Source: Candidatus Nomurabacteria bacterium | GTDB lineage: Bacteria > Patescibacteriota > Minisyncoccia > Phycocordibacterales > UBA9973 | NCBI GenBank assembly: GCA_943354905.1 | Contig: CALRDL010000001.1 | Coordinates: 29,520 to 93,519, forward strand | Direction: 5' to 3' | DNA: 64,000 nucleotides | Shown: piece by piece, positions 27,635 to 37,344 of the stretch | Layout of the letters: every line of letters begins with the position of its first letter | Numbering within the stretch: the stretch's first letter is position 1 | Translations under genes and position numbers: made by a program | The notes under the pieces: generated by a model | What the model was told of the DNA's origin: nothing | Seen by the model: only the letters and a program-made list of their open reading frames with translations | The model's database searches: none

Positions 27635-28603
27635 TTAAAATTCTATACTCAATTCTTTACTATCTGTTTGGAAAATTCTGTCCATATTTTCTATGGTTAA
27701 TTTTAATCTGGAAGTTCCTGAAGTTCCAGACTGGATTTGTAGGGGCATCTCATTTGGTTTGAAAGATAGAACATCGACAGAATTATCATTGATTGACCAA
27801 TTCCAGATAAGGCTCGGGTGATTTATTTGTTTTGGAGAAATAAAATAAGGTACAGCTATTATTATTTCTTTCTCTGTGATTCGATATGGAGTTACAATTT
27901 CTTTTTCAAAAATGGTCCCTAGTTTTGGATCGTTTTTGTAAAACAATATTTTTGAATCGATCGTTCCGACGTCGATATTTGCTTCGGAAGAATATTTTTG
28001 GTCTATTGTTGACGCTACTACCGAGACATTGTTGTAATCTTCTAAATAATCATTTACATAAAGATAAGAATTCTTACCATAACCCGAAGCGTCTTGGTCA
28101 TTTGTATAATCTTTCTTCCAAAAATAAGTCATATTTTTAGGGTTGCCTATCTCAGGCATAGCCACTATCTTTATCTCACTGTCTAAAGTCGGCATAGCCT
28201 TGCCTTTATAAAATGGTGGGACATATGAATCCGTAGCTTGCCAAAATAAAGTCATCACAGATGGTCGTATTGTTATATTTTTTTCTATCACACCTTCTGG
28301 TAGAGAGATGGTAATTGTAACCCTATTTTGACTCCCAACTCCTCCAGCTTTTAACATAAAAGATTTTTTACCTATTCCTGAGGCTTTGGTGTTGCCATCG
28401 ACAGACCAATTTATACCTACACTATCCAAGTTGTTCGCATAGCTATTTATAGTGATAGTCACGTCTTCGTATGGCTTTGGGTTTGTAGGAATTACATCAA
28501 CCAAAATACTACTCGGAGAAGCAGCATATACATTTGAAGCTGAAATTATAAAAAGTATTCCAAGAAAAAGAAATAGCTTTAGGGAAAAATTTCTGAAACT
28601 CAT
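27635..28603 (-). CDS. Secreted hypothetical protein
   Basis: Signal peptide FLFLGILFIISASNVYAAS. Confidence 0.4.
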   Translation of the reverse strand: MSFRNFSLKLFLFLGILFIISASNVYAASPSSILVDVIPTNPKPYEDVTITINSYANNLDSVGINWSVDGNTKASGIGKKSFMLKAGGVGSQNRVTITISLPEGVIEKNITIRPSVMTLFWQATDSYVPPFYKGKAMPTLDSEIKIVAMPEIGNPKNMTYFWKKDYTNDQDASGYGKNSYLYVNDYLEDYNNVSVVASTIDQKYSSEANIDVGTIDSKILFYKNDPKLGTIFEKEIVTPYRITEKEIIIAVPYFISPKQINHPSLIWNWSINDNSVDVLSFKPNEMPLQIQSGTSGTSRLKLTIENMDRIFQTDSKELSIEF

Positions 28604-28640
28604 ATTTTAATTATAGCATTTTATTTACTAAAGCCTATGT

Positions 28641-30500
28641 CTAAAACCTAGAGCCTGTGCTATTCATTTCTGCTTCTTCGTGTTCCTCCTTGGCTTTTCT
28701 GTTTATAAGTATTTGTGAAGGATCGGAGGTTATGATCTGGTCTTCGGTATATGAAGATATGATCTTGATAGCCACATGTTTTAATCCAGCAAAGAATATA
28801 CCCTCCCCCACATCTGATTCTAGGAGTAGATATTTTTCTTCGTCTGTTAGGTTAAAAGTTTTTTGCAATATATCTATCGTAGTCGGCGATTGTTTCAAGA
28901 GTATCTGGATAGAAGAGTTTGTAATTATGGGTACTCCATAAGGAGATTTCATAAAGTCCGCAGCGTCCTGAGTGATGGTCGCTAGTCCGAGATAATATTT
29001 TCTACCTCTTTTGGCAATAGAGTATAAGAAAGAAGCTGTGTCTTCAGATTTCATCATCCACCAGGCCTCGTCTACTACGAGTAATCTTTTTTTGAGGTTT
29101 TTGCGTATAGTATTCCAGATATAGTGCATGATGATATACATAGCTATAGGTTTTAATTCATCTTCCATATCACGTATTGAAAAGACCACAAACTTTTTGT
29201 TTATATCTACATTGCTTGGCCTATTTAAAAATGTAGACCAAGATCCCCTAGTGTATTTTGCTAGACGTTGGACTACAGAGTCGCTGTTGTCCATACCTGC
29301 CAATACCATCTCAAAATCTGAGAGAAGTGGAGGCTCAATGTTTGAAAAATCTGATTCGGGTGTGATATCTTTCATGGCGTAAGTTTCAGATATAGCCCGA
29401 TCCACCATAGAATCTTCTTCTGGGGTAAGTCCACCCAACATCAATCTGAAAAGTCCTACTAGATTTATGATATTTGATCGCAAAACATCTTCAGCTGTCT
29501 CGTCTTCACGAGGGATAGGCAGGTCAAAAGGATTCATATGGTGGTCGGAAGAAAGTGAAATATTAAAATATCTACCACCCACAGCTTCTGATAAAAATTC
29601 ATATTCTTTTTCTGGGTCAATGACGATGACATCAATGTCAAACATCAGAGATCTCAATATTTCGAGTTTTGTGGCGTAAGATTTTCCTGATCCGGATTTA
29701 GCAAAAGTTACTGAATTGTAATTTTCTAGACTGAATCTGTCGAAGATAACGAGGGACGAATTATGTCTATTTATACCATACAAAATTCCTTTATCAGAAG
29801 TGAGGTCAAAAGAAATAAATGGGAAAACACTAGAGAGTGGTTGTGAATTTAATTTTTGATGAATATTTAATAGGTCAGTATTTATAGGTATGACACTTTT
29901 AAAACCGTCTTCTTGTTGGAAAAGAGCTGGTTTGATATAGATCAATTTAGATTCCAGCATGGATTTTATCTCATTTTCTATCTTAAAGAGTTCCATCTCA
30001 TTGTCTGCATAGATGGTGATATATATTCCCACATCAAACATTTTTTCTTGAGCTTGGATCAAGTTGTCGCGAAGTTCTTCTAGATTTTGATAAGCTGTAT
30101 CGAGCATAGGATCACGCACCATGCCTTTAGCCTGGCGTACATTTATTTGACTTTGCACTTCGGCAACTTTTTTTTGAAATTGTCGCAATATGATCGCTGT
30201 ATCTATCGGATGGACAAAAATTGAAATATCAAAAATTTTGTCTAAGTTTATTATCGGAGAAAACCAATTGTCGGTCAAATATCTCGGATAGGATATTATA
30301 AAAAATGTGCGGGCTATTTTATCCCCCAAATTTATTGACTTAGATTCTATTTTTAAAGCTGATGGAGCGATGACATCTTGAAGTTCCAAGCTTGCTTTTT
30401 CATAGATCTGTTCTGGTAGAACTGGAGGAATAGAAACATTCATACTACCTCCTCCAAAACCACTTTCTTTTTTTTTAAATAATGTGTCTAAGATTCCCAT
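28641..30500 (-). CDS. VirB4/TrbE-family type IV secretion ATPase
   Basis: Walker A VTFAKSGSGKSYATK. The C-terminal RLLVVDEAWWMM...LGLATITQDAADF matches the VirB4 (CagE/TrbE) family. The N-terminus FFIISYPRYL resembles Gram-positive VirB4 homologues. Confidence 0.8.
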   Translation of the reverse strand: MGILDTLFKKKESGFGGGSMNVSIPPVLPEQIYEKASLELQDVIAPSALKIESKSINLGDKIARTFFIISYPRYLTDNWFSPIINLDKIFDISIFVHPIDTAIILRQFQKKVAEVQSQINVRQAKGMVRDPMLDTAYQNLEELRDNLIQAQEKMFDVGIYITIYADNEMELFKIENEIKSMLESKLIYIKPALFQQEDGFKSVIPINTDLLNIHQKLNSQPLSSVFPFISFDLTSDKGILYGINRHNSSLVIFDRFSLENYNSVTFAKSGSGKSYATKLEILRSLMFDIDVIVIDPEKEYEFLSEAVGGRYFNISLSSDHHMNPFDLPIPREDETAEDVLRSNIINLVGLFRLMLGGLTPEEDSMVDRAISETYAMKDITPESDFSNIEPPLLSDFEMVLAGMDNSDSVVQRLAKYTRGSWSTFLNRPSNVDINKKFVVFSIRDMEDELKPIAMYIIMHYIWNTIRKNLKKRLLVVDEAWWMMKSEDTASFLYSIAKRGRKYYLGLATITQDAADFMKSPYGVPIITNSSIQILLKQSPTTIDILQKTFNLTDEEKYLLLESDVGEGIFFAGLKHVAIKIISSYTEDQIITSDPSQILINRKAKEEHEEAEMNSTGSRF

Positions 30501-30515
30501 AAATTTAGTATAACA

Positions 30516-31172
30516 CTACTCCATCTGTATCTTCCCCTCTACCTCGCCGGGATTGAAAACTTTATAAAAAACTTCTACGATTTCTTCACTACCCAATTGA
30601 GCTGACTTTATCCCACATCTACTCAAACCTTGGCGAATAACCCCCACTCTTTGTTCTAGCTGTGATCTTTTTTCTTCAAAATCTTCTTGCTTTTCCACTC
30701 TTGCTTCTTCTTTATTTTTTCCACTAAATATACCAGATATTTTTGCAAATATTCCAGAATCTGATTTTAATATGGTGTCCGTGTAAGGTACAACTACAAA
30801 AAAGTTCTTTGTCATTATGCTGACTGTTTCAGTGAAATTCCTGATAAAGTCTATGTATTCTTTGGTTTGTAGTTTGAGTAAAGACTCACTTTGTAGTTTC
30901 ATTCGTTCTTCCAAAGTAAGTAGATATGGTCTAATGTCTAACTTTCTGGACTGGACGGATATTTGGATTGGGAAATCAAGAGTATTCAAGAAATCTTGGA
31001 ATTGGATTATGGTAGCCTTTTGTTCATCACTTGATTTCAAAGATAAATTCACAGAAGTTGCCAATACTATCCCTCGGAGCTCACCATTTTTGAGTATGAT
31101 AATACCATCACGGACTTCCTTGATCGGTACAAACTCTTGAGTTGCTTTTGCGTTTAAGGCCATATAAATCAA
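30516..31172 (-). CDS. Hypothetical protein immediately upstream of the VirB4-like gene (type IV secretion-associated by context)
   Basis: 218 aa. Only a 15-nt gap separates it from the VirB4-like ORF. Confidence 0.4.
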   Translation of the reverse strand: MIYMALNAKATQEFVPIKEVRDGIIILKNGELRGIVLATSVNLSLKSSDEQKATIIQFQDFLNTLDFPIQISVQSRKLDIRPYLLTLEERMKLQSESLLKLQTKEYIDFIRNFTETVSIMTKNFFVVVPYTDTILKSDSGIFAKISGIFSGKNKEEARVEKQEDFEEKRSQLEQRVGVIRQGLSRCGIKSAQLGSEEIVEVFYKVFNPGEVEGKIQME

Positions 31173-31177
31173 TTTAA

Positions 31178-31243
31178 AATTACGAATTACGAATTACGAA
31201 TTTTTGTTCAAATATTTTATTATTAATTGTTAATTCGTAATTG
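31178..31243. repeat. Heptad array (ATTACGA)3 followed by an inverted TCGTAAT copy
   Basis: aattacgaattacgaattacgaattttt ... taattcgtaattg. Confidence 0.6.
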
Positions 31244-31250
31244 TTCATTC

Positions 31251-31682
31251 TTAATTATTGTTGTGTTTGTTTAAGTCTAGTATATCCAGACTCCAAGCCA
31301 AATCTCGCAATCTGTTTCCCCCGAATTTTACTTTATTTTCTAACATTTGTTTACTTTTTTCTTCCTCATTCGTAATTCGTAATTGATCATTTTTAATTAA
31401 ATTCTCTCTCCTTTTCCAAATATAAAGTTTATCGCGTAAAAAATAATAGAATCCAGATTCTATCATATTTATGAAGGGCTTGTTATTTGGTCGGTAAAAA
31501 ATAAGTGAGGCAGAAAATCCTCCGATCAAAAGTATTGGTATTGCCCCTAGAGTGAGTCCAAGCAATTTATAGAGAACAAAACACAAGCCCCCTCCTCCAG
31601 CTAGATATATGAATTCTCTAAAGGTGAATGGCCCAAATATTTTGTCTTCTATATCTAAAAATTGTGGAACTTTAAATTGCAT
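31251..31682 (-). CDS. Small two-transmembrane protein, possibly VirB3-like
   Basis: 143 aa with FGPFTFREFIYLAGGGGLCFVLYKLLGL...LLIGGFSASLIFY. Contains an in-frame heptad repeat (NDQLRITNEE). Confidence 0.35.
   Translation of the reverse strand: MQFKVPQFLDIEDKIFGPFTFREFIYLAGGGGLCFVLYKLLGLTLGAIPILLIGGFSASLIFYRPNNKPFINMIESGFYYFLRDKLYIWKRRENLIKNDQLRITNEEEKSKQMLENKVKFGGNRLRDLAWSLDILDLNKHNNN
31367..31398. repeat. TTCGTAA heptad repeat inside a CDS
   Basis: Sequence cattcgtaattcgtaattgatcatttttaatt. Confidence 0.55.
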
Positions 31683-31687
31683 TGAGT

Positions 31688-31720
31688 CAATTACGAATTA
31701 ACAATTACGAATTTCGAATT
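31688..31720. repeat. ATTACGA heptad repeats (intergenic)
   Basis: Sequence caattacgaattaacaattacgaatttcgaatt. Confidence 0.55.
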
Positions 31721-31771
31721 ATTAACTCATAAATTATAAATTATCAATCGACTATTTTATTATAACATTAA

Positions 31772-32134
31772 TTACTCATTTGCCATTCTTGATTTTACGG
31801 TTTTCTGTATTTTTCCTATTATTTTTAGTATTTCTTCGCAGTCATTAAAAACAGGAGAAAGTTCTTCTTGAGTCATGTATTTCGCTTCTCTTAATAGAGA
31901 AAGCCAATATTTTGTTTCTCGAGCTTCTTTGTAGGCTATGGATAATTTTGAGATGAAGTCTTTTTTCGATTGACCACCTAGTGCTTCTTCTATGTTTGCA
32001 CCGATTGATGTTCCACTTCTTAAAAGCTGTTTAGATAAAATAAATTCTTTTTTTATTCCAATTAAATATTTATATAATTCAATAATTCTTACTGCAAATT
32101 TATAGCTTTTTTGTTGTATTATGTTTTCTTTCAA
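31772..32134 (-). CDS. Four-helix-bundle protein (23S rRNA intervening-sequence protein family)
   Basis: QLLRSGTSIGANIEEA...AYKEARETKYWLSLL. Apparent TTG start lying within the heptad repeat. Confidence 0.55.
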   Translation of the reverse strand: MKENIIQQKSYKFAVRIIELYKYLIGIKKEFILSKQLLRSGTSIGANIEEALGGQSKKDFISKLSIAYKEARETKYWLSLLREAKYMTQEELSPVFNDCEEILKIIGKIQKTVKSRMANE

Positions 32135-32165
32135 TTCGTAATTCGTAATTATTAATTCGTAATTT
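32132..32165. repeat. TTCGTAA heptad repeats
   Basis: Sequence caattcgtaattcgtaattattaattcgtaattt. Confidence 0.55.
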
Positions 32166-32175
32166 AGAATCTTTC

Positions 32176-33045
32176 CTATTCAGGTATTTCCCTATAGGGG
32201 TCTATGTAAGGCACCGTGTTTGTTTTCGTTGCTGTACTTTCTTTTGTGCTAGAGGAAAGATTCTTCAAGGTGTGTTCTGTTTCTACCGTTTTGTTGTGCA
32301 TTATTCCAGATAATTTTTGGATGAGTATCGGTTGGGCTGGCTGTTCAAGCAACATTGTCTTCTCTCTGATTTTTTTGAAAATTTCTTCGTTGACATCGCC
32401 CACCATACCTTTCAATTTCTCTCTAGATATATCCAAGTGGTCATTTAAATAATCTTCCAATCTCTCAGGGCTGATGGAGCCAATGATCAAATTCGTAACT
32501 GCTTTTTCAAAAACTCCCATTTGAGATACATTTAAATTGTACTTTTTGGATATATTGTAAACTGTAGCTTGATAATTTGAATCCGAAACGACTTTCAATA
32601 TTTCTTTTGGAAGTTTGGAAAATCTTTCGTTTTTCTCTTCATCTATGTTTATATTTGTTTCGTTCACATTTTCTTCTGAAATATCTTCTCCTCCACTTTC
32701 CTCTACTACATCAGCCAAGTTTGCGTTATAACTTTTAACCAAATCACCACGAACATTTTTTATTACTAAGTCATTTATTTCGAAAAGCATTTGGTCTAGT
32801 TTTTCGCTAGAGATAGAAATTTCTTTTTTTAAGACTTCTTGATATTCATCCGGATGAATGATGCCCAAGAGAACCAAAGTTGTATTAGAACCCAAAATTC
32901 CAATTTGTTCCTCATTCAAAGAATATTTCGCACTGATTGTCTTTAAACTTTCCAACCAAATCATACTGGAAAAAACTTCTTGCACGTTTGGTGGAAGTTT
33001 TGAGTAATATAGGGCTATTTTTTGTTGTAATTCTTGTTTATCCAT
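32176..33045 (-). CDS. Hypothetical protein with an internal duplication
   Basis: Two related ~90-aa halves. No family recognised. Confidence 0.4.
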   Translation of the reverse strand: MDKQELQQKIALYYSKLPPNVQEVFSSMIWLESLKTISAKYSLNEEQIGILGSNTTLVLLGIIHPDEYQEVLKKEISISSEKLDQMLFEINDLVIKNVRGDLVKSYNANLADVVEESGGEDISEENVNETNINIDEEKNERFSKLPKEILKVVSDSNYQATVYNISKKYNLNVSQMGVFEKAVTNLIIGSISPERLEDYLNDHLDISREKLKGMVGDVNEEIFKKIREKTMLLEQPAQPILIQKLSGIMHNKTVETEHTLKNLSSSTKESTATKTNTVPYIDPYREIPE

Positions 33046-33158
33046 CCCGTTAGAAATAGGACGCGTACGCTTGCACTACGTTCCTGTTAATTTTATTAAT
33101 AATATTTATTCTGATTTTCATAATATTTTTATTATATGCGTTCGCGATTTCTAACGGG
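33046..33158. repeat. ~113-bp AT-rich segment bounded by perfect 12-bp inverted repeats (CCCGTTAGAAAT / ATTTCTAACGGG)
   Basis: Seen directly in the sequence. The left repeat abuts the start codon of ORF 32176-33045. Confidence 0.5.
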
Positions 33159-33211
33159 ATCCATTTATTTTTTAACTTTAAGAACTTGATAACTTTAAAA
33201 ACTTTTCACTA

Positions 33212-35806
33212 CTAATGATGCGCACCTCCGCCTCCGTGAGAAGTATCTTTTTTGACTTCTGTTGCGCTAGATAGATCTACATTAATTTTAACACCCTTTA
33301 AGGACTCAGTAATCAAACTACCAATATCTTTTAAAGCATTTCCTTCACCTTTTCCATAGTTTACATTTAGTTGTTTAAATCCAGCACGCAAACCTATCGC
33401 AAGCCCTGCAGTCATCATTGTAGCAACTTTAGCCAATGTTTTGCTATTTGTTTTAGCTACCAGTTCCGCAATATTTCGTATATCGTAATTTCCACCTGTT
33501 GAAGCTGCAGTTACTCTTTCTCTTATACCTACCTTTTCTTTTGCTTCGTTTGCTATGTGACCAAACCTATTTTTAGCTATTACTTCAGACAATTGTCTTA
33601 ATCTTTCATTCCATTTATCGTTTAATGTTTCTAAAACTATAGATTCTCCTTGTTTAGTCAAGTCAAGAGTTATAGGGTCTACCATACCTGGCATAGCCCT
33701 TACACTTGTTTCAACAGCTGTACGTTTATTTGTTCTAAACTGGCTCTCAGTTTCCATTGGTATTCCTGTTCTTGGGTCAATCAGTACCCTACCTTTTTCA
33801 TCAGAACCTCTCTTTACATCTTTTTCTATTTGAGGACGATTTTCTTTAGCAAAGGTTTCTAGCATTTTACTATCTTGCATACCACTGAGTCTATCATTGC
33901 TTACTCCTTCTGCTCCTACTTTTTTCTTTAGTTCATCCCACTCAGTTGTAGCATGAGCAGTTTCCTCTCTTTTTAATTGAGCGGCATTTATTCTTCCACC
34001 TATTCGGTCTTTTAAATTGGTAGGAGCAGTAATTGTTGATGTATAAGTTTCTAATTTTGGTTTAGCGCCTCGTCCAGCTCTTGGAGTACTCTTCCAGCTA
34101 TTCAAGTCTTTGCTGAAGTTTCCAGATGCGGTACGATATTCTTTACCATATTTTAAGGCCTCAGTACTTCTTGAAAAACCAGCTACAGTAGATCCGATAC
34201 CTTTTCTCATGCCTGCTGCAGCTAAAAGACTAGCACCACCTAGGGCTAATCCTCCAACTACTCCAACTGCTTTCATCGCACCCATAGCCACTTCTGCAAA
34301 TTTTCCTCCTCCCTTTTTTGCGAAATCAGTTGCTTTCATTAGAAGTATTAAAATGAAAAGTGCTGGAATTATGATAAACAAAACTGTTTCCATAGTGGAA
34401 GCTTCGGCAGGATTTCGCATCAATCCACTAAATATATTTGCATTTATCAATCTAAATATAAAATATAAAAAGAACATAAATATCGGGGCCATAAAGGATA
34501 CCTCGATCAATCTTTTTAACCAAGAATCCCATCCTACATACTCTATTCCAGCTAATTTAGGCAAGGATAAAGACATAAACGCAAAAGGAGAAAATATTAT
34601 TAAAAGCCAGAGTTCTATGAGTCTTCCGAGGAAACTTATCCCAGCAATAAAAAATGCGTATGTGGCAAAAAGCATTATCGCTCCAGAGATTACGATCATA
34701 CCAAACAGTAATGCTATCGGTACTTCCTTACTCGGTATAAAATAATATACAAGACCCCCCACCGCACCAATCACCGCACCAGGTACCGCACCAATCCCAG
34801 CAAATGGTGAACCAGCAGCTGCACCAGCAGCTGCACCAGTCCCAGCACTAGCTAACACACCAGCTGTAGTTGCCTCAGCTATCGTATCTGTTCTTTTTTT
34901 TGCATTCTCAAAGAATTCGTTCGACAATAATTTCCCCGGATTAAAAGCATTTACCATACCACCCGATATATCTTTTTCTGTTCCGGTATTTGTGGCTGGT
35001 AAATATGCTTTCTTTACTCCATCTACGGTCGTCTCGGTGTTTATTTTATTATAGAAAATTAGGGCAAGAACATTTGAAGTGTCTATGACAATTTTCGTAA
35101 AGAACATTGAAAAGTTGATGAGTAATGCCATGATTATAACTTGAACCACCATCTTTTTTGCGTGGTCACTTATACCAAGTATAGTTTGAATACCTACATA
35201 TAATAAGATAAGAATAAAAAATATATTGGAAAGATCTCGGACTACGGCCCAAGCTGTGGGTATAAAAGTAGAACCACTAATCATTTTACCACTTAAGGTT
35301 AATGCCACAATAGCATTAAAAAACATCGCCGAATAAGTGAGCAAAAAAGATGGTAAGACATTCAGAAGAAAATAAGATATTTTGACTAAACATCCTGCAA
35401 TATTTGGAATAGGAAATATACAATCTGGTAGGTTGTTTCCTATACCAGTGTCGTCTGGGGGTTTGTCTGCCACTTTCTCACCCCCTCCTTCAATTGCATT
35501 TCCAATAGTACCAGGTGTCAAAAACCTTACAGTGGACGAACCAGGTATGTTTCCTGAGGTACATTCACCTCGCTTTCTTTGATCTTCCATGGGGTCTCCC
35601 CTGCTATTGGTCCAAGCACATCTTCCCATTTGATTAGGATCTGCTGGTGCTGGTGTCTGTGCCTGTGTTTTAGAAAAATACCCAACCCCCCCAGCTAAAA
35701 CCAGAATCAAGAGTAGATATGGAATTATCCTAGTAGTAGAAAATAGCCACATTTTTTTGGATGGTATTTTCACTACGGGGATTGTTTTTCTAAAATTTGA
35801 ATTCAT
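33212..35806 (-). CDS. VirB6/TrbL-like polytopic membrane protein of the type IV secretion system
   Basis: 864 aa. Signal anchor, at least eight predicted transmembrane helices, a Gly/Ala-rich segment and a long charged C-terminal domain. Assigned by architecture and context, not by a motif. Confidence 0.5.
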   Translation of the reverse strand: MNSNFRKTIPVVKIPSKKMWLFSTTRIIPYLLLILVLAGGVGYFSKTQAQTPAPADPNQMGRCAWTNSRGDPMEDQRKRGECTSGNIPGSSTVRFLTPGTIGNAIEGGGEKVADKPPDDTGIGNNLPDCIFPIPNIAGCLVKISYFLLNVLPSFLLTYSAMFFNAIVALTLSGKMISGSTFIPTAWAVVRDLSNIFFILILLYVGIQTILGISDHAKKMVVQVIIMALLINFSMFFTKIVIDTSNVLALIFYNKINTETTVDGVKKAYLPATNTGTEKDISGGMVNAFNPGKLLSNEFFENAKKRTDTIAEATTAGVLASAGTGAAAGAAAGSPFAGIGAVPGAVIGAVGGLVYYFIPSKEVPIALLFGMIVISGAIMLFATYAFFIAGISFLGRLIELWLLIIFSPFAFMSLSLPKLAGIEYVGWDSWLKRLIEVSFMAPIFMFFLYFIFRLINANIFSGLMRNPAEASTMETVLFIIIPALFILILLMKATDFAKKGGGKFAEVAMGAMKAVGVVGGLALGGASLLAAAGMRKGIGSTVAGFSRSTEALKYGKEYRTASGNFSKDLNSWKSTPRAGRGAKPKLETYTSTITAPTNLKDRIGGRINAAQLKREETAHATTEWDELKKKVGAEGVSNDRLSGMQDSKMLETFAKENRPQIEKDVKRGSDEKGRVLIDPRTGIPMETESQFRTNKRTAVETSVRAMPGMVDPITLDLTKQGESIVLETLNDKWNERLRQLSEVIAKNRFGHIANEAKEKVGIRERVTAASTGGNYDIRNIAELVAKTNSKTLAKVATMMTAGLAIGLRAGFKQLNVNYGKGEGNALKDIGSLITESLKGVKINVDLSSATEVKKDTSHGGGGAHH

Positions 35807-35839
35807 TATGTTTTTTTAACTTGACATTTCTTTTCCATT

Positions 35840-35885
35840 TGTTAGTATGTATATATTCAGACGAAAAGGGATCCGAACGGCTAAC
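35840..35885 (-). terminator. Hairpin plus T-tract downstream of the NYN gene
   Basis: On the minus strand: aagggctccttaggtagttagccgttcggatccctttt. Confidence 0.4.
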
Positions 35886-35888
35886 TAC

Positions 35889-36425
35889 CTAAGGAGCCCT
35901 TTTCTTTTTTAGCTCGATCTTTTCTTTTATATGATTGTTTTCTAAATAATCAAAATATTCGGATCCTAATTTTTGATATAAAGAAGAAGCAAATTTTCTA
36001 TCAGGAAATAATATTTTTTCAAATTTATTTTCTTCAATCAAAAAATCCACCAACATTTTATAATCTCCATCACCTGAAACCAAAATAATCTTTCCAAAAT
36101 CCTCTTTTTTATACAAACGCTTCATTGCAGAAAAAATAATATCAGAATCAACATTTCCCTTTTTTAGTCCAACCATAGCTTCACTATGTTGTTTGAATAC
36201 TATAATAAAACCAGCTTTTTGTATTTTTTCATATAAATCTTGGTATTTTTTATCTGTATATCCGAGATGGTAGTATGCTCTATCAACATTATACTTTTTT
36301 TCTAAATAAATTCTAAAACGACCCAGTTCAATTTTCCACGGATCAATATCTTTTTTTGCTGTATTCATATACAGATTCTGTCCATCTACAAAGGCAATAT
36401 TTTTATTTTCTTTTTCAATCATCAT
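35889..36425 (-). CDS. NYN-domain (LabA/PIN-like) ribonuclease family protein
   Basis: IAFVDGQNLY...DVDSDIIFSAM...ILVSGDGDYKMLV, the acidic residues typical of NYN domains. Confidence 0.6.
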   Translation of the reverse strand: MMIEKENKNIAFVDGQNLYMNTAKKDIDPWKIELGRFRIYLEKKYNVDRAYYHLGYTDKKYQDLYEKIQKAGFIIVFKQHSEAMVGLKKGNVDSDIIFSAMKRLYKKEDFGKIILVSGDGDYKMLVDFLIEENKFEKILFPDRKFASSLYQKLGSEYFDYLENNHIKEKIELKKKRAP

Positions 36426-36429
36426 AAGA

Positions 36430-36572
36430 TATTATATCACAACCTCATCCCAAAAATCCCAGCCAAAACCAGAATCAAGAGTAGATATGGGATTATCCTA
36501 GTAGTAGAAAATGACCACATTTTTTTTATTGATGTTTTCACTACGGGACTAGTTTTTCTAAAATTATTTTGC
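36430..36572 (-). repeat. Copy 2 of the VirB6-like 5' leader module (45-codon pseudo-N-terminus plus upstream region)
   Basis: Encodes MQNNFRKTSPVVKTSIKKMWSFSTTRIIPYLLLILVLAGIFGMRL, to be compared with the VirB6-like start MNSNFRKTIPVVKIPSKKMWLFSTTRIIPYLLLILVLAGG. Confidence 0.7.
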
Positions 36573-36665
36573 ATTTTATCTTTTTTACCTCATTTTTTGA
36601 ATACTTATTTTATTTTAACATTATATTGACAAAAAATCTTCTTAATATATACTTTATTAGTCATT

Positions 36666-36695
36666 AGAAAACGCCGGCCTGTACGGCGTTTTCCT
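36666..36695 (-). terminator. Rho-independent terminator-like hairpin
   Basis: aaacgccggcctgtacggcgtttt followed by a T-tract. Confidence 0.5.
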
Positions 36696-36699
36696 TTTT

Positions 36700-37305
36700 C
36701 TAGACATCACTCTTGATTTGCATCTTCCAGTCATTTATATCAATAAAAAATACTTGATTTCTTTTTTCTGCTACTAAATTTCGCAACTTTAAAGAAAGTC
36801 TCGAAGTAAAGTATCTAGGAGCAGTTCTTATTTTCTTGGCACTTGAAATTATATAAACTTTTACACCTTTCTCGACTACATTGCGAGCCAGATATTCAAA
36901 ATCTCCATCGCCAGTAAAAAACAAATACCCCACATTTTTTTCTATTTGATTTATTACATCAACAGCAAATTCTACATCACAATTTGATTTCCACTTTACT
37001 CCCCTACTTACTTTATGAGTTATTCCTGTGTTGCAATTAGGGCATAAAATTTTAATAATCTGATCTTGATTTTTGTAAATAAAATATGGTTTTGCGTGTA
37101 CGGTATATCCTAACTTGGACAATTCTTCGTATTCTGAAGCTTTAACATTATCACCATTTTGAATACCAGAATAAAAAAATATCTTTTCACAGTTCCATTT
37201 TTCTCTTAAATATTTAAACATTTTTTTCCAATCAATCACAAAACCAAGAAGCTGATTAGTAGTGCTTTCTGTGTTCTGTACATCAATAAATGCGTATCGT
37301 TTCAT
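36700..37305 (-). CDS. NYN-domain protein with an inserted zinc ribbon
   Basis: YAFIDVQN...CPNCNTG...WKSNCDVEFAVDVI...FFTGDGDFEYL. Confidence 0.55.
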   Translation of the reverse strand: MKRYAFIDVQNTESTTNQLLGFVIDWKKMFKYLREKWNCEKIFFYSGIQNGDNVKASEYEELSKLGYTVHAKPYFIYKNQDQIIKILCPNCNTGITHKVSRGVKWKSNCDVEFAVDVINQIEKNVGYLFFTGDGDFEYLARNVVEKGVKVYIISSAKKIRTAPRYFTSRLSLKLRNLVAEKRNQVFFIDINDWKMQIKSDV

Positions 37306-37344
37306 AATTTTAATTTTATATCTATACGTTCTCCCTTTATATAA

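Noticed and set aside
30516-31172. Considered calling 30516-31172 plus 28641-30500 a single VirB4 gene split by a stop (15-nt gap)
   Set aside because: The 619-aa ORF already begins with an N-terminal region resembling Gram-positive VirB4 homologues. Without alignment the fusion cannot be supported, so they are kept as two genes.
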